Positions 1-8,849 of a stretch of DNA of 64,000 bases are shown here, piece after piece. The stretch covers positions 174,800-238,799 of IMG/VR virus record IMGVR_UViG_3300042147_000020; one strand, written 5' to 3'. The position numbers were made by a program, and so were the translations under genes. The number at the start of each line of letters is the position of its first letter. The first letter of the stretch is position 1. The notes under the pieces are model-generated. The model saw only the letters and a list, made by a program, of their open reading frames with translations, had not been told where the DNA came from and searched no databases.

Positions 1-942
1 GTGAACGGTGGTGACCCTTTGATGATGCCTCCGAGTTACTACTGGTCGCTGATTGACATCTTGGACCGTCATAACTGTCCTGCCACGATTGCGTTTACCA
101 CTAACCTGTGGGCGTTCTATAAAAAGCCTGAGCTGTGGGTAGACTTGTTTCGTCATCCGCGTGTGGGCGTTGCTACTTCGTTTCAATACGGTGACAAACG
201 ACTCAAGGGTGACTTGAAACCGTTCACCGAAGCTGAATTCTGGGCCTGCTCTGATCTGATGTTGGAGCTGGTGGGTTATCGACCGACGTTCATTGCGGTC
301 ATTGACAAAGACAATGAAGACTCTGTACTCGACACGGTGTTACTGGCTGCTCGTATGGGAGTAGAGGTCAAGCTGAATCACGCACTGGCTTCAGGTCCAG
401 AGGTGGACTATAAAGGTGTGGTGATGGGGAACCAAAACAAGTTCTTCACTCAAGCTGACATCTACCGACACTACTTGGCCATTTATGACGCTGGGTTAGA
501 GGAACACGAGTACAACACTAAACAGATGACCCGTCGTCTGCGTAATGGTGCAACCACCTGTCCGTTGGCTCGTAACTGCGACCAACACATCCGTGCATTA
601 CAACCGGGTGGTGGTAACTACTTCTCGTGTGGAGCTTTCGGGGATGACAATGAATACCCTATCGACTTTCAGCGTGAGATGTCTGGCGAGTTCTTTACTC
701 CGTTAGAGAGTCAACCTGAACTGTTCAGTATGAAAGACGCCTGTGCTGCGTGTCCGATGTTTGCGATCTGCAACGGGTGCAAGAAGACCATTGCCGACAC
801 CAAACGTTTGGGCCTAACTGAACACCACTGTCGCACAATGAAATCGTTGGCTCCTCGGATCATCGAGGCTAACGGTCTAACGGGTCAGTTAGAACCCACT
901 CCGTATGAAGATGAAACTCCCGTTTTGATTGCCCGAGGTTAA
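1..942 (+). CDS. Radical SAM/SPASM-domain protein, 5'-truncated (N-terminal CxxxCxxC lies outside the window)
   Basis: GGDP (GGE-like) motif at the start, FTTN strand, SPASM-type Cys set CPLARNC...SCGAF...CAACPMFAICNGC...HC. Confidence 0.8.
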   Translation: MNGGDPLMMPPSYYWSLIDILDRHNCPATIAFTTNLWAFYKKPELWVDLFRHPRVGVATSFQYGDKRLKGDLKPFTEAEFWACSDLMLELVGYRPTFIAVIDKDNEDSVLDTVLLAARMGVEVKLNHALASGPEVDYKGVVMGNQNKFFTQADIYRHYLAIYDAGLEEHEYNTKQMTRRLRNGATTCPLARNCDQHIRALQPGGGNYFSCGAFGDDNEYPIDFQREMSGEFFTPLESQPELFSMKDACAACPMFAICNGCKKTIADTKRLGLTEHHCRTMKSLAPRIIEANGLTGQLEPTPYEDETPVLIARG

Positions 943-943
943 A

Positions 944-1915
944 ATGAAGCCTGTTGTCCTCTCCGTGAATCCATGGTACTTCTGTAACTTTCGCTGCTCG
1001 TTCTGTTATCTGACCGAACAACAACTCAGTGACCGTAAACTATTACCGCTAGAACGGTTGGCGGAGATGGTAGACGAAGTACAAGCCGCAGGTTACACCG
1101 TTGAACACATCGACATCTATGGGGGTGAAGTGCTGTTACTGCCCGCTGATTACCTCAACGGGATGAAGCAAGTCTTCCACGACCGAGGGATTGACGATCT
1201 GTGTCTGATCACCAACCTGTCTCTGGTGAATGACGTAGCACTCGATGATGACTACGAGTTGTCGGTGTCGTACGATTTCGAAGCCCGTGAGAAACATGAG
1301 AAAGTCTTTGACAACATGCTTGCCTTACCTCGACAGTTTAACGTGTTGAGTTTGGTGGGTCGTAAGTTCTTGGACGTCGTTACTCCAGACGAATACGTAC
1401 ACACCCTGAACCTGCTCTCCCAGCTCTGGTGTGTGGAACTTAAGCCGTACAGCGAGAACCAAGCCAACGCTGACGCAGTGTCGTTCAAAGAGTTCGAGGA
1501 CTTCGTGTGGGCAGTGATCAAACACCCTGACCGTGAGTTCTATCTGGAGAACGAATCCCTGATTCGCAAAGCGGCTGAAACCAAGACTCGTAATGCGTTC
1601 AGTGACAATCACATCTACATCACCCCTGCGGGTCGTTACGCGGTACTGGAGTTTGATGCCAACGACCGTGAGTTCTTCTTGGAGCTGGATGACTTAGCTG
1701 GTTATCAAGCCTGGTGTGCACTTGAAAAAGAGCGGGTTACCGCCAATGAGTTTTGCAGTAAGTGTCAATTCAAAGGCGGGTGTTTATCCGAACACCTAAG
1801 AGACGTTAGGTCGTTAGAGAACTCCTGTAACGGGTTCCACGACCTGTTAGTGAGGTGGGTAGATGAAGGTAGTCCAACACAGACAGAGACTCGAGATCAC
1901 GCTCGATCTGTTTAA
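944..1915 (+). CDS. Radical SAM protein with C-terminal SPASM-like Cys cluster
   Basis: CNFRCSFC (CxxxCxxC), YGGEV, ITN; C-terminal CSKCQFKGGC...SCNG; ATG at 944 after GAGG. Confidence 0.9.
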   Translation: MKPVVLSVNPWYFCNFRCSFCYLTEQQLSDRKLLPLERLAEMVDEVQAAGYTVEHIDIYGGEVLLLPADYLNGMKQVFHDRGIDDLCLITNLSLVNDVALDDDYELSVSYDFEAREKHEKVFDNMLALPRQFNVLSLVGRKFLDVVTPDEYVHTLNLLSQLWCVELKPYSENQANADAVSFKEFEDFVWAVIKHPDREFYLENESLIRKAAETKTRNAFSDNHIYITPAGRYAVLEFDANDREFFLELDDLAGYQAWCALEKERVTANEFCSKCQFKGGCLSEHLRDVRSLENSCNGFHDLLVRWVDEGSPTQTETRDHARSV

Positions 1916-2879
1916 AGGTTGTGGTCATTCCTGCGGTGGCTGCATGATTGATAAAAGTTTGGGTGGAGACGTGAAAGATCTCCCCGAACTCTTAGCCCTG
2001 ATTCAAGAAATGGTCGGGGTGGGTTACGTAGCGTTTGACCTCGGTGTAGGACCGACGGACTACATGACTGCTGATAACCGTCTCGAAGTGATGCAGAACC
2101 GAACCTTCCAAGAGATGGCTCAACAGTTTCATCAGGTAACATTCAACGCAGCCTTCCTCGACACTAACCTGCTCAACTACGGGGTGATGTGTTACGAGAT
2201 TGATTGTGCAGTACCAGACAAGCCGATTCGCTTTCTGATCCCAGCCGTACCGGCTCATTTCAAGAATGAGAAGTTCGGCTTGATGATTAAAGAAAAGTTG
2301 GAGTACATCAAAAAGAACCTGATCGTAGCTCGACTGAACGAAGCAGGTTTTGTGGTGAACTGTACACAGGAAACTGTGGACGAGAAGTTTGAGGAGCACC
2401 TACGTAATGGGTTTGATATTGAATTCGTGGTGGACAAAGACGACATCCTCACCATCCCTTACGGACGAGCCCCAAACAAAGACTTGCTGGTGGCGCAGAA
2501 TGTTCGTCGAGTGTCTCACCGAATCAGTTCTTTCTATGCGGGGCTGAATGGGGAAGACGAACGTCGACGTAACCCTGATCTCCACTACGACACTGGGACA
2601 ATGGTTAACCTGTTGTACACCGGGGGTAAACTGTACTGGGTTCCTTTCCTCAAAGACGACTGTCCGTTCATAGACGACGACTTTGTGATCCCTCGACCTT
2701 GGACTATGGCTAACCTGTTAGAAGCCCGTAATCGCGCTCGTGATAGCTCCTTGGACTATCTGGAAGGCAGTGAGTGTATGGAGTGTCCTCACCTCGGGAG
2801 CTGTGCCGAGAAAGGCATCACCAGCATCATGCAGAAGTTGTCGATTCGGGATTGCTTAGTGGGGTTGGCCGATGTTTAA
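1863..2879 (+). CDS. Divergent radical SAM-like protein
   Basis: KGCGHSCGGC (CxxxCxxC), GPTD in place of GGE, C-terminal CMECPHLGSC...DC; SD GAGG upstream. Confidence 0.75.
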   Translation: MKVVQHRQRLEITLDLFKGCGHSCGGCMIDKSLGGDVKDLPELLALIQEMVGVGYVAFDLGVGPTDYMTADNRLEVMQNRTFQEMAQQFHQVTFNAAFLDTNLLNYGVMCYEIDCAVPDKPIRFLIPAVPAHFKNEKFGLMIKEKLEYIKKNLIVARLNEAGFVVNCTQETVDEKFEEHLRNGFDIEFVVDKDDILTIPYGRAPNKDLLVAQNVRRVSHRISSFYAGLNGEDERRRNPDLHYDTGTMVNLLYTGGKLYWVPFLKDDCPFIDDDFVIPRPWTMANLLEARNRARDSSLDYLEGSECMECPHLGSCAEKGITSIMQKLSIRDCLVGLADV

Positions 2880-3918
2880 CGAATATGGCGTGATCTCTGT
2901 CAACCTCACGATGGAGATCCTAAAAGGCTGTGGGTTCAGTTGTAGTGACTGTGCCGTACAGAAAGACTTCACTACCTCAGACATTCCTCCAGAGGACTCA
3001 CAGGACCTCCTAGGGCTACTGGATGACCTGCGTGTCAATGAAGTTCGTCTGTTTGAGTTCACTGTAGGTCCAACTGACTTTATCAGTGCCCAGAATGGCT
3101 TCGAGACCTTTAAGCATCCGTTAGTCTTGGGATTAGCTGAACGGTTTGAATCCATGACGTTGTCGTTGGCAATGTTGAGTGACAACCGCTTGGTGGAATT
3201 GGGTGGGGTGATTGACCGTATGATCCCCGAGAAGAAGTTCCGGTTGGTGATCCCTGCCACCCTAAAGAACTTACAGAAACCCAAGTACGTGGAAGCCTTA
3301 CGTCGCCGAGTACACTTGTTGCGCGACAGCCTCCATTCTGCGAAGTTCTACCAGATCTACTTGAACTCCAACATGGTACAGGAGAACCTGAACGAACTGT
3401 CGTACGAGACGGTGTCGAACTCAGGGGCGGCTGACTTAGGGGTTCGTACCACGTTGGAGCACGGCTTCGGTCATGCCCGAGCAGGCTTTCAAAACTTGTT
3501 TAACCGTGATCGGTTCATCTACGACCTGAAGCTCTACGTGGAGCGCAGTAAGGTGCTGAAGGACACCCGGTACCAACGTAAGCTGATTCCGATAACGACC
3601 GATGCGTTAGAGCTGACGTACCGTGCAGGCAAGCTTTATTACACACCGGTGGTGATTGAGAAGTTCCACATCTTTGATCCGGTGTTTGAGATCCCTAAAC
3701 CGTGGACAGCACAAGCGGTACTCGATTTCAAAGAGCAGTTGTACTACCGCATGTTAGAAAAATACGTGGTACACCCATTATGTAGAGATTGTTGCTTTGT
3801 CAACACCTGTGCTTTGGGGGATCATCATGTGGTCATGGATTACCTGAAACACGATGAGTGTTTGACCGACATGAAGAACCGCCACGATATGGATCGAAAG
3901 GATACCCACGGTGAGTGA
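2872..3918 (+). CDS. Divergent radical SAM-like protein, paralog of 1863-2879
   Basis: KGCGFSCSDC, VGPTD, LxYxxGKLY motif shared with the paralog, C-terminal CRDCCFVNTC...EC. Confidence 0.75.
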   Translation: MFNEYGVISVNLTMEILKGCGFSCSDCAVQKDFTTSDIPPEDSQDLLGLLDDLRVNEVRLFEFTVGPTDFISAQNGFETFKHPLVLGLAERFESMTLSLAMLSDNRLVELGGVIDRMIPEKKFRLVIPATLKNLQKPKYVEALRRRVHLLRDSLHSAKFYQIYLNSNMVQENLNELSYETVSNSGAADLGVRTTLEHGFGHARAGFQNLFNRDRFIYDLKLYVERSKVLKDTRYQRKLIPITTDALELTYRAGKLYYTPVVIEKFHIFDPVFEIPKPWTAQAVLDFKEQLYYRMLEKYVVHPLCRDCCFVNTCALGDHHVVMDYLKHDECLTDMKNRHDMDRKDTHGE

Positions 3919-4339
3919 ACATAAAGAGTATCAACGCCTGTACGCCCAACTGGTCACAGATCACCCCGATGACTTTGCCAAGATGGAGATCGTCGAGTCT
4001 GAGGAGCTGGTGGAGAACGCTAAGCACTACTTCCGCGAAGCCACCTTCCCGCTGATCTATCCAGCGAAGTCAATGGCTGTCGCTGTAATCTACGCCCTGT
4101 TACTGGAAGAGACTTACGGGTTACATCCGTTTGACTCCCTTAAAGACCCAGACCTATTCTTAGGTCAAGACCCATACTTCCGTCCGTATGACCAACATCC
4201 CCGTGAATACGATCAATTGATCTGGTGGGTGGCGGAACAACCGAACTGGAAAGAAATGGGCTGGGCACCAAAGACAGTTGAATACTTCTACCTTGAGTGC
4301 ACTGAAGCTGGTATCAGTAAAATCAACGAAGGGGTTTGA
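3911..4339 (+). CDS. Hypothetical accessory protein of the rSAM/oxygenase operon
   Basis: 142 aa ORF overlapping the upstream stop and abutting the next start. Confidence 0.7.
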   Translation: MSEHKEYQRLYAQLVTDHPDDFAKMEIVESEELVENAKHYFREATFPLIYPAKSMAVAVIYALLLEETYGLHPFDSLKDPDLFLGQDPYFRPYDQHPREYDQLIWWVAEQPNWKEMGWAPKTVEYFYLECTEAGISKINEGV

Positions 4340-4340
4340 A

Positions 4341-4898
4341 ATGAAATATGTTGAACCGTGGAGCACTCAATTAGCCCACTTCAATGTCGCAGACTTAGTC
4401 GACTTGGGTGCCTTGCGTGACGAGATCTTCAATCTACACTGTTTGACCGAAGGGGACGACCCAGGACAGAAGTGGATCACCTCTGAGTTCGTACCTGAAA
4501 TTATCCGCATGCGTGATGAACTGATTACCCCACGGGTGATTCAGTACGCCAAAGAGTTGTGGGACTACGACATCCCCAAGATTGAAGTAGAGACCTCGGG
4601 TAAGTGGATTCCTGAAGGTGAAGGACTGTTCCCCCACGTTCATGGTGGTTCGTGTATCAGTACGATCTTTTACCCCTCACCAACTAACTTCGGGTTGAGT
4701 TTTTTCGACCCTCGTTCCAATGCTGGCCGGGGTTATCCGAAAGAGATCCGTGATCGGTTCTTTAAAGCCTTCCCGATTGTTCCTGCGGCGGGGGACATTT
4801 GGATCTTCCCAAGTTACTTACAGCACAGTGTGTCGCACGTCCAAGAGAACGTCCGGTTGAGCATGCTGTGTGAATACTACTTGCGGGAGAACGTTTGA
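4341..4898 (+). CDS. 2OG-Fe(II) oxygenase (PF13759/TIGR02466-like), copy 1
   Basis: PHVHGGS, FDPR, IFPSYLQHSV, RLS motifs. Confidence 0.85.
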   Translation: MKYVEPWSTQLAHFNVADLVDLGALRDEIFNLHCLTEGDDPGQKWITSEFVPEIIRMRDELITPRVIQYAKELWDYDIPKIEVETSGKWIPEGEGLFPHVHGGSCISTIFYPSPTNFGLSFFDPRSNAGRGYPKEIRDRFFKAFPIVPAAGDIWIFPSYLQHSVSHVQENVRLSMLCEYYLRENV

Positions 4899-5464
4899 TG
4901 GAACTGTTCCGTCCTTGGCAAACCAGTATTGCCAGAATCAACGTGGCTGAGTTGTGTGACTTGGATCAGCTTACTCAAGAGATCCTAATTGTCTCTGCCG
5001 GCGGCACTGTAGCCGTCCCACAAGACGCTACACGCGACGATCCGTTCGTAGGTGGCATCGTTACTCTACGTGACGACGTAATCACCCCCAGAGTCATGGA
5101 GTACATTCGCACAGAGTACGGTCTCAACTGTGATCCTGAAACGGTTGCTATGGAAACGTGGGGGATGAACATCGCTCCCGGTAGTGACTTGGAAACACAC
5201 ATCCACGGTTTGTCCAACTTCACGACGGTGTTCTACCCCTGTGAGTCAGACGCTCGCTTAGTACTGGTTGATCCTCGTTTGAATGCAGCACGAGGGTTCT
5301 CTAAGTCTTTGCGTGACCGTAACTTCGGTAACCTACGAGTTGACCCTAAACCCGGAGACTTGTGGATCTTCCCAAGCTTCGTCCCCCATTCTGTGACGTC
5401 AGTAGGTAACGAGTTCCGCCTGTCTTTGGTGAACGATTACTTCCTAGACCCCACCCTCGATTAA
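4898..5464 (+). CDS. 2OG-Fe(II) oxygenase, copy 2
   Basis: THIHGLS, VDPR, IFPSFVPHSV, RLS; TGATG overlap with copy 1. Confidence 0.85.
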   Translation: MELFRPWQTSIARINVAELCDLDQLTQEILIVSAGGTVAVPQDATRDDPFVGGIVTLRDDVITPRVMEYIRTEYGLNCDPETVAMETWGMNIAPGSDLETHIHGLSNFTTVFYPCESDARLVLVDPRLNAARGFSKSLRDRNFGNLRVDPKPGDLWIFPSFVPHSVTSVGNEFRLSLVNDYFLDPTLD

Positions 5465-5475
5465 GAGACCTGAAC

Positions 5476-6030
5476 ATGGAACTGATTCAACCTTGGAACA
5501 CGTCGATCCTTAAAGCGAACGTGTCCCACATGTGTAACGTGGAAGCGATTGCCGATGAGATCCTGTCACTACACAGTCTCTCCCCACAACAGTCCACCAC
5601 GCAGTACAAAATCACCCCAGAAGAGTTCCCAGCTCTGTGTGACTTCCGTGACCGGGTGGTAACTAACCTGGTGAAAGAATTCGTCAAACAAACGATGCGT
5701 TTCGACCTGACACAGTTCACCGTCGATACGTTCGGTAAGTGGTTCGAGAAAGGCATGGATCTTTCTCCGCACACTCACGGTAGCACTGGGATCACCTCTG
5801 TGTTCTACCCGGCTGACTACAAGTCGGGAATGACCGTGTACGATCCGCGTGGTAATGCTTGCCGTGGCTACCCGCGTCAAATCCGGGACGACTACTTCGC
5901 TCCCTTTTACGTCTACCCCAAGGCTGGTGATTTGATCATCATGCCGTCGTTCTTGCAACACTACGTCCCCACCGTAGAAGACGACCTGCGTCTGTCGTTG
6001 ATCAACGATTACATGTTCCCAAGCGTATAA
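5476..6030 (+). CDS. 2OG-Fe(II) oxygenase, copy 3
   Basis: PHTHGST, YDPR, IMPSFLQHYV, RLS. Confidence 0.85.
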   Translation: MELIQPWNTSILKANVSHMCNVEAIADEILSLHSLSPQQSTTQYKITPEEFPALCDFRDRVVTNLVKEFVKQTMRFDLTQFTVDTFGKWFEKGMDLSPHTHGSTGITSVFYPADYKSGMTVYDPRGNACRGYPRQIRDDYFAPFYVYPKAGDLIIMPSFLQHYVPTVEDDLRLSLINDYMFPSV

Positions 6031-6033
6031 ACA

Positions 6034-6066
6034 GAGGAGGGGTTCGTCCCCTCCTTTTATGCCGTC
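6034..6066 (+). terminator. Intrinsic terminator closing the rSAM/oxygenase operon
   Basis: GGAGGGG-ttcgt-CCCCTCC then TTTTATGCCGTC. Confidence 0.8.
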
Positions 6067-6109
6067 ATCTTATGTAAGCTTTTAGCAAATCACGGAAGGG
6101 TGAAGCATT

Positions 6110-6787
6110 ATGTTTGAAGTCGTGGATAAGGGCGCTATTAAAGAGAAACAGCGCAAGTTGAAAGAGCTGGGCCTGTATGAAGGGAATGTGGACGGTATCT
6201 GGGGACCTCTGAGTCAAGCGGCTTGGGATAAGACTCAAGGTGACAAAGTTGTGTCTGCTCCGTTTGATACCACTCGGATCATCTGGGCCACCAAGGTCTC
6301 CAAAGAGTTCATCCTCAAAGTACGGGACATCGCCAAACGTCTTGAGATGCCCACAGAGGGCTCTAACTGGTTGATGGCGTGTATGGCCTTCGAGACCGGT
6401 GAAACCTTCTCACCGACGATCAAGAACGGTGCTGGCGCTCCTTACTACGGACTGATCCAGTTCGGTGAAGCAGCAGCCAAAGATTGTGGCACTACGGTGG
6501 CCGCTCTGGTAAAGATGACTGCTGAGCAACAGCTCGACTACGTATACAAGTTCTTCAAGCCGTACACCGGTAAGCTGAAGACCCTCAGCGACGTTTACTC
6601 TCGCATCATCTGGCCAGTGGCCGTGGGTAAGTCAGAAGACTACGTGATCTTTGACACGAAGGTACGTCCTACTGCGTACGTTCAGAACAAGGGTCTGGAC
6701 ATCAACAAGGACGGCCTCGTCACCAAAGCTGAATGTGCGGCGAAGGTCCAAGAAAAATACGTGCGTGGACTGAAGTTCGTCGCCTAA
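6110..6787 (+). CDS. Modular endolysin: N-terminal peptidoglycan-binding domain plus lysozyme/transglycosylase-like domain
   Basis: QRKLKELGLYEGNVDGIWGPLS (PG_binding_1-like); MACMAFETG catalytic Glu; GLIQF motif. Confidence 0.85.
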   Translation: MFEVVDKGAIKEKQRKLKELGLYEGNVDGIWGPLSQAAWDKTQGDKVVSAPFDTTRIIWATKVSKEFILKVRDIAKRLEMPTEGSNWLMACMAFETGETFSPTIKNGAGAPYYGLIQFGEAAAKDCGTTVAALVKMTAEQQLDYVYKFFKPYTGKLKTLSDVYSRIIWPVAVGKSEDYVIFDTKVRPTAYVQNKGLDINKDGLVTKAECAAKVQEKYVRGLKFVA

Positions 6788-6799
6788 TGGAATCTATAC

Positions 6800-8365
6800 A
6801 TGAGTAAGCTAGCCGCCTACCTCCCCTCGATGGAGGAAGAACAATACGAACCAGAAATCCGTGACGATCACACTGAGTTCTCTCAGTTCGACGTGACTAC
6901 CACTGGTGCTGAAGTTGACCAAGCACTCGCCGACCACAGTACCACTGGTGAGATCATCGCCACGTTGGAAAGTATCCTCGACGACATCGAAGCTACTGAC
7001 AGTCTGACTCCGCAGTCGCGTGTGTTTATCGGCCATTCGATTCAGTCGGTACAACACCGCATCGGCTTGGTTGTTCGCACGCCTTCGATGGAAGCGAATG
7101 ATGAAGACGGTCGCCAGATCTCCATGGAAGGGATCGCCCAAGGGTTGGCTAAACTCTGGGAAGGCACTGTTGAACTGATCCGTAAGATCCTTCGCAGCAT
7201 CCGTGACTTCTTCGCCACGATCCTCGGCTTCGGTAAACGTAAAGAGAAGCGCATCAAGTATCAACTGGAGAAGGCCAAGGAAGGTGGCAACGATGCGTCG
7301 ATCTCCAAGCTGGCTGAGAAGAACCTGCTCAAGCACTTGAAAGACGTGTCTTCGGTACAGAAGGTTCTCGACAATCTGGTAGCTACGCCACTGGGGAAGG
7401 AACGTCCAGAGCAACTGGTTCTACTGTCTCCAGCGTCAGCCCAGATCGTGGTGCGTGAAAGCGATGGTCAGGTGGACAGTTCTCGTCCAATGACGGTCAA
7501 CGGTCAAGACATCGTGGCCATGCGTAAGAAAGACGTGCAGGCCGTGAGTCATATGTCCTTGGGTCAGGTCAAACACGCTCTGATTACTGCCATGGTGGTT
7601 AACGGTGGTCGTACGTTCCTTACTAAGGAGAAGGACTTCGTCTTGATGTCTCACGAAGACGTCAACGAGATGGTGTGGGACACTGCGTTCCGGGGTAAGG
7701 AAGCCCGTCAGAAAGGTAAGGAGCTGTCAGCACTGCTGATGAAGATTGCTAATAAAGCTGAGAAAGCTTTTACTAGCGTCGATGCTTTTAACCGACACAA
7801 TGTCAACATCTCAGACGAGTTGTTAAACGCCACTCGCATTGAGCGCGCCGCTGTCTTCAAGCTCTTCCGTGAGTTCGTTGGTAAGGGCGACATGGTACCG
7901 TTGGGTTCAGCAATGTTGCGCGTAGTGGATCATCATCCTGAACACTTGCAGATTGCCAAGTTCGATCACATTCCTGTGGTCAGCGAGAACATCGGTAAAG
8001 TCGTGAAGATCAAGTTCCCACAATACGGGGAAGTGAAGAAAGCGGCTGACGGTATCGTGACGGTTACACTGTTGAGTAACTTCAACGGTTCAATCGACGC
8101 TGCACTCAAAGGCTTCGAGGACGTACTGAAAGTCTACGAGCGGTTACAAGCGTGGGCGATTAGTAATGCGAAGGGTGATAACATCATCCAACGTCAGGTC
8201 AGTAGCTGCATCCGTGAAATGTACGACGAGCCAGTGAAGTACTTCAGTTCGTACATCCGTGCGGTTGGCGTAATGGAAACAGTCGTGATTGGTTGGGGTG
8301 ATTCTATCACTCACCCGTTGAGCAAGCTGACAGATTCCAAGAACCTGATGGCTGAACTCGCCTAA
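6800..8365 (+). CDS. Virion inner-head protein (phiKZ-type paralog family)
   Basis: Acidic propeptide with SME sites (LPSMEE, TPSMEA, QISMEG) followed by amphipathic helix LWEGTVELIRKILRSIRDFF. Confidence 0.7.
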   Translation: MSKLAAYLPSMEEEQYEPEIRDDHTEFSQFDVTTTGAEVDQALADHSTTGEIIATLESILDDIEATDSLTPQSRVFIGHSIQSVQHRIGLVVRTPSMEANDEDGRQISMEGIAQGLAKLWEGTVELIRKILRSIRDFFATILGFGKRKEKRIKYQLEKAKEGGNDASISKLAEKNLLKHLKDVSSVQKVLDNLVATPLGKERPEQLVLLSPASAQIVVRESDGQVDSSRPMTVNGQDIVAMRKKDVQAVSHMSLGQVKHALITAMVVNGGRTFLTKEKDFVLMSHEDVNEMVWDTAFRGKEARQKGKELSALLMKIANKAEKAFTSVDAFNRHNVNISDELLNATRIERAAVFKLFREFVGKGDMVPLGSAMLRVVDHHPEHLQIAKFDHIPVVSENIGKVVKIKFPQYGEVKKAADGIVTVTLLSNFNGSIDAALKGFEDVLKVYERLQAWAISNAKGDNIIQRQVSSCIREMYDEPVKYFSSYIRAVGVMETVVIGWGDSITHPLSKLTDSKNLMAELA

Positions 8366-8370
8366 CACGC

Positions 8371-8408
8371 GGCATAGAGGGAGGGCTCACGCCCTCCCTC
8401 GTTATGCC
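8371..8408. terminator. Bidirectional terminator between convergent genes
   Basis: GGCATA-GAGGGAGGGC-tcac-GCCCTCCCTC-gt-TATGCC. Confidence 0.75.
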
Positions 8409-8818
8409 CCTTGTGCTCCAAGTAACAACTTCACCAGCTCCATGCCGGTACTGAAGATAGTGTTCAGGGTTTCTACGTCCATCCCACCTTCTTCACTAGA
8501 GTACATAAAGGTGGACATCGCTCCAATCACCACCATGGCCAACGCAATGATCACCGCACCGGCTTTCATAATGTTCACCCCACGGGATGAGCTTGAACCG
8601 AAGCCCTCCAGGTTACCGATGTCCATGGTCAGAATAGCGACTTGGGTTTTATCCTCCATCACTACAATCTTTTCCATAACTTGGTCACCAGTATCGGCCA
8701 AAGTAACCAGCTTGTCGTCTGGCAGATGGAAGTTGCAGATCTTCACGATCATTCCTCCCCATGACTTAGTGCCGATTGCCTCTGAACCGAGAACCCCTAG
8801 CGCGCCTCCGATGTTCAT
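8402..8818 (-). CDS. Hypothetical membrane protein
   Basis: SD GAGGGGAG; hydrophobic segment AGAVIIALAMVVIGAM. Confidence 0.65.
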   Translation of the reverse strand: MNIGGALGVLGSEAIGTKSWGGMIVKICNFHLPDDKLVTLADTGDQVMEKIVVMEDKTQVAILTMDIGNLEGFGSSSSRGVNIMKAGAVIIALAMVVIGAMSTFMYSSEEGGMDVETLNTIFSTGMELVKLLLGAQGA

Positions 8819-8849
8819 ATTGCTCCCCTCGCTCGCAATGCGTGCTATA

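Noticed and set aside
1-3918. rSAM genes as QueE (7-deazaguanine pathway) or NrdG activase
   Set aside because: They carry SPASM-type C-terminal Cys sets; no folE/queC/queD/dpdA or nrdD is in the window and the RNR is class Ia.
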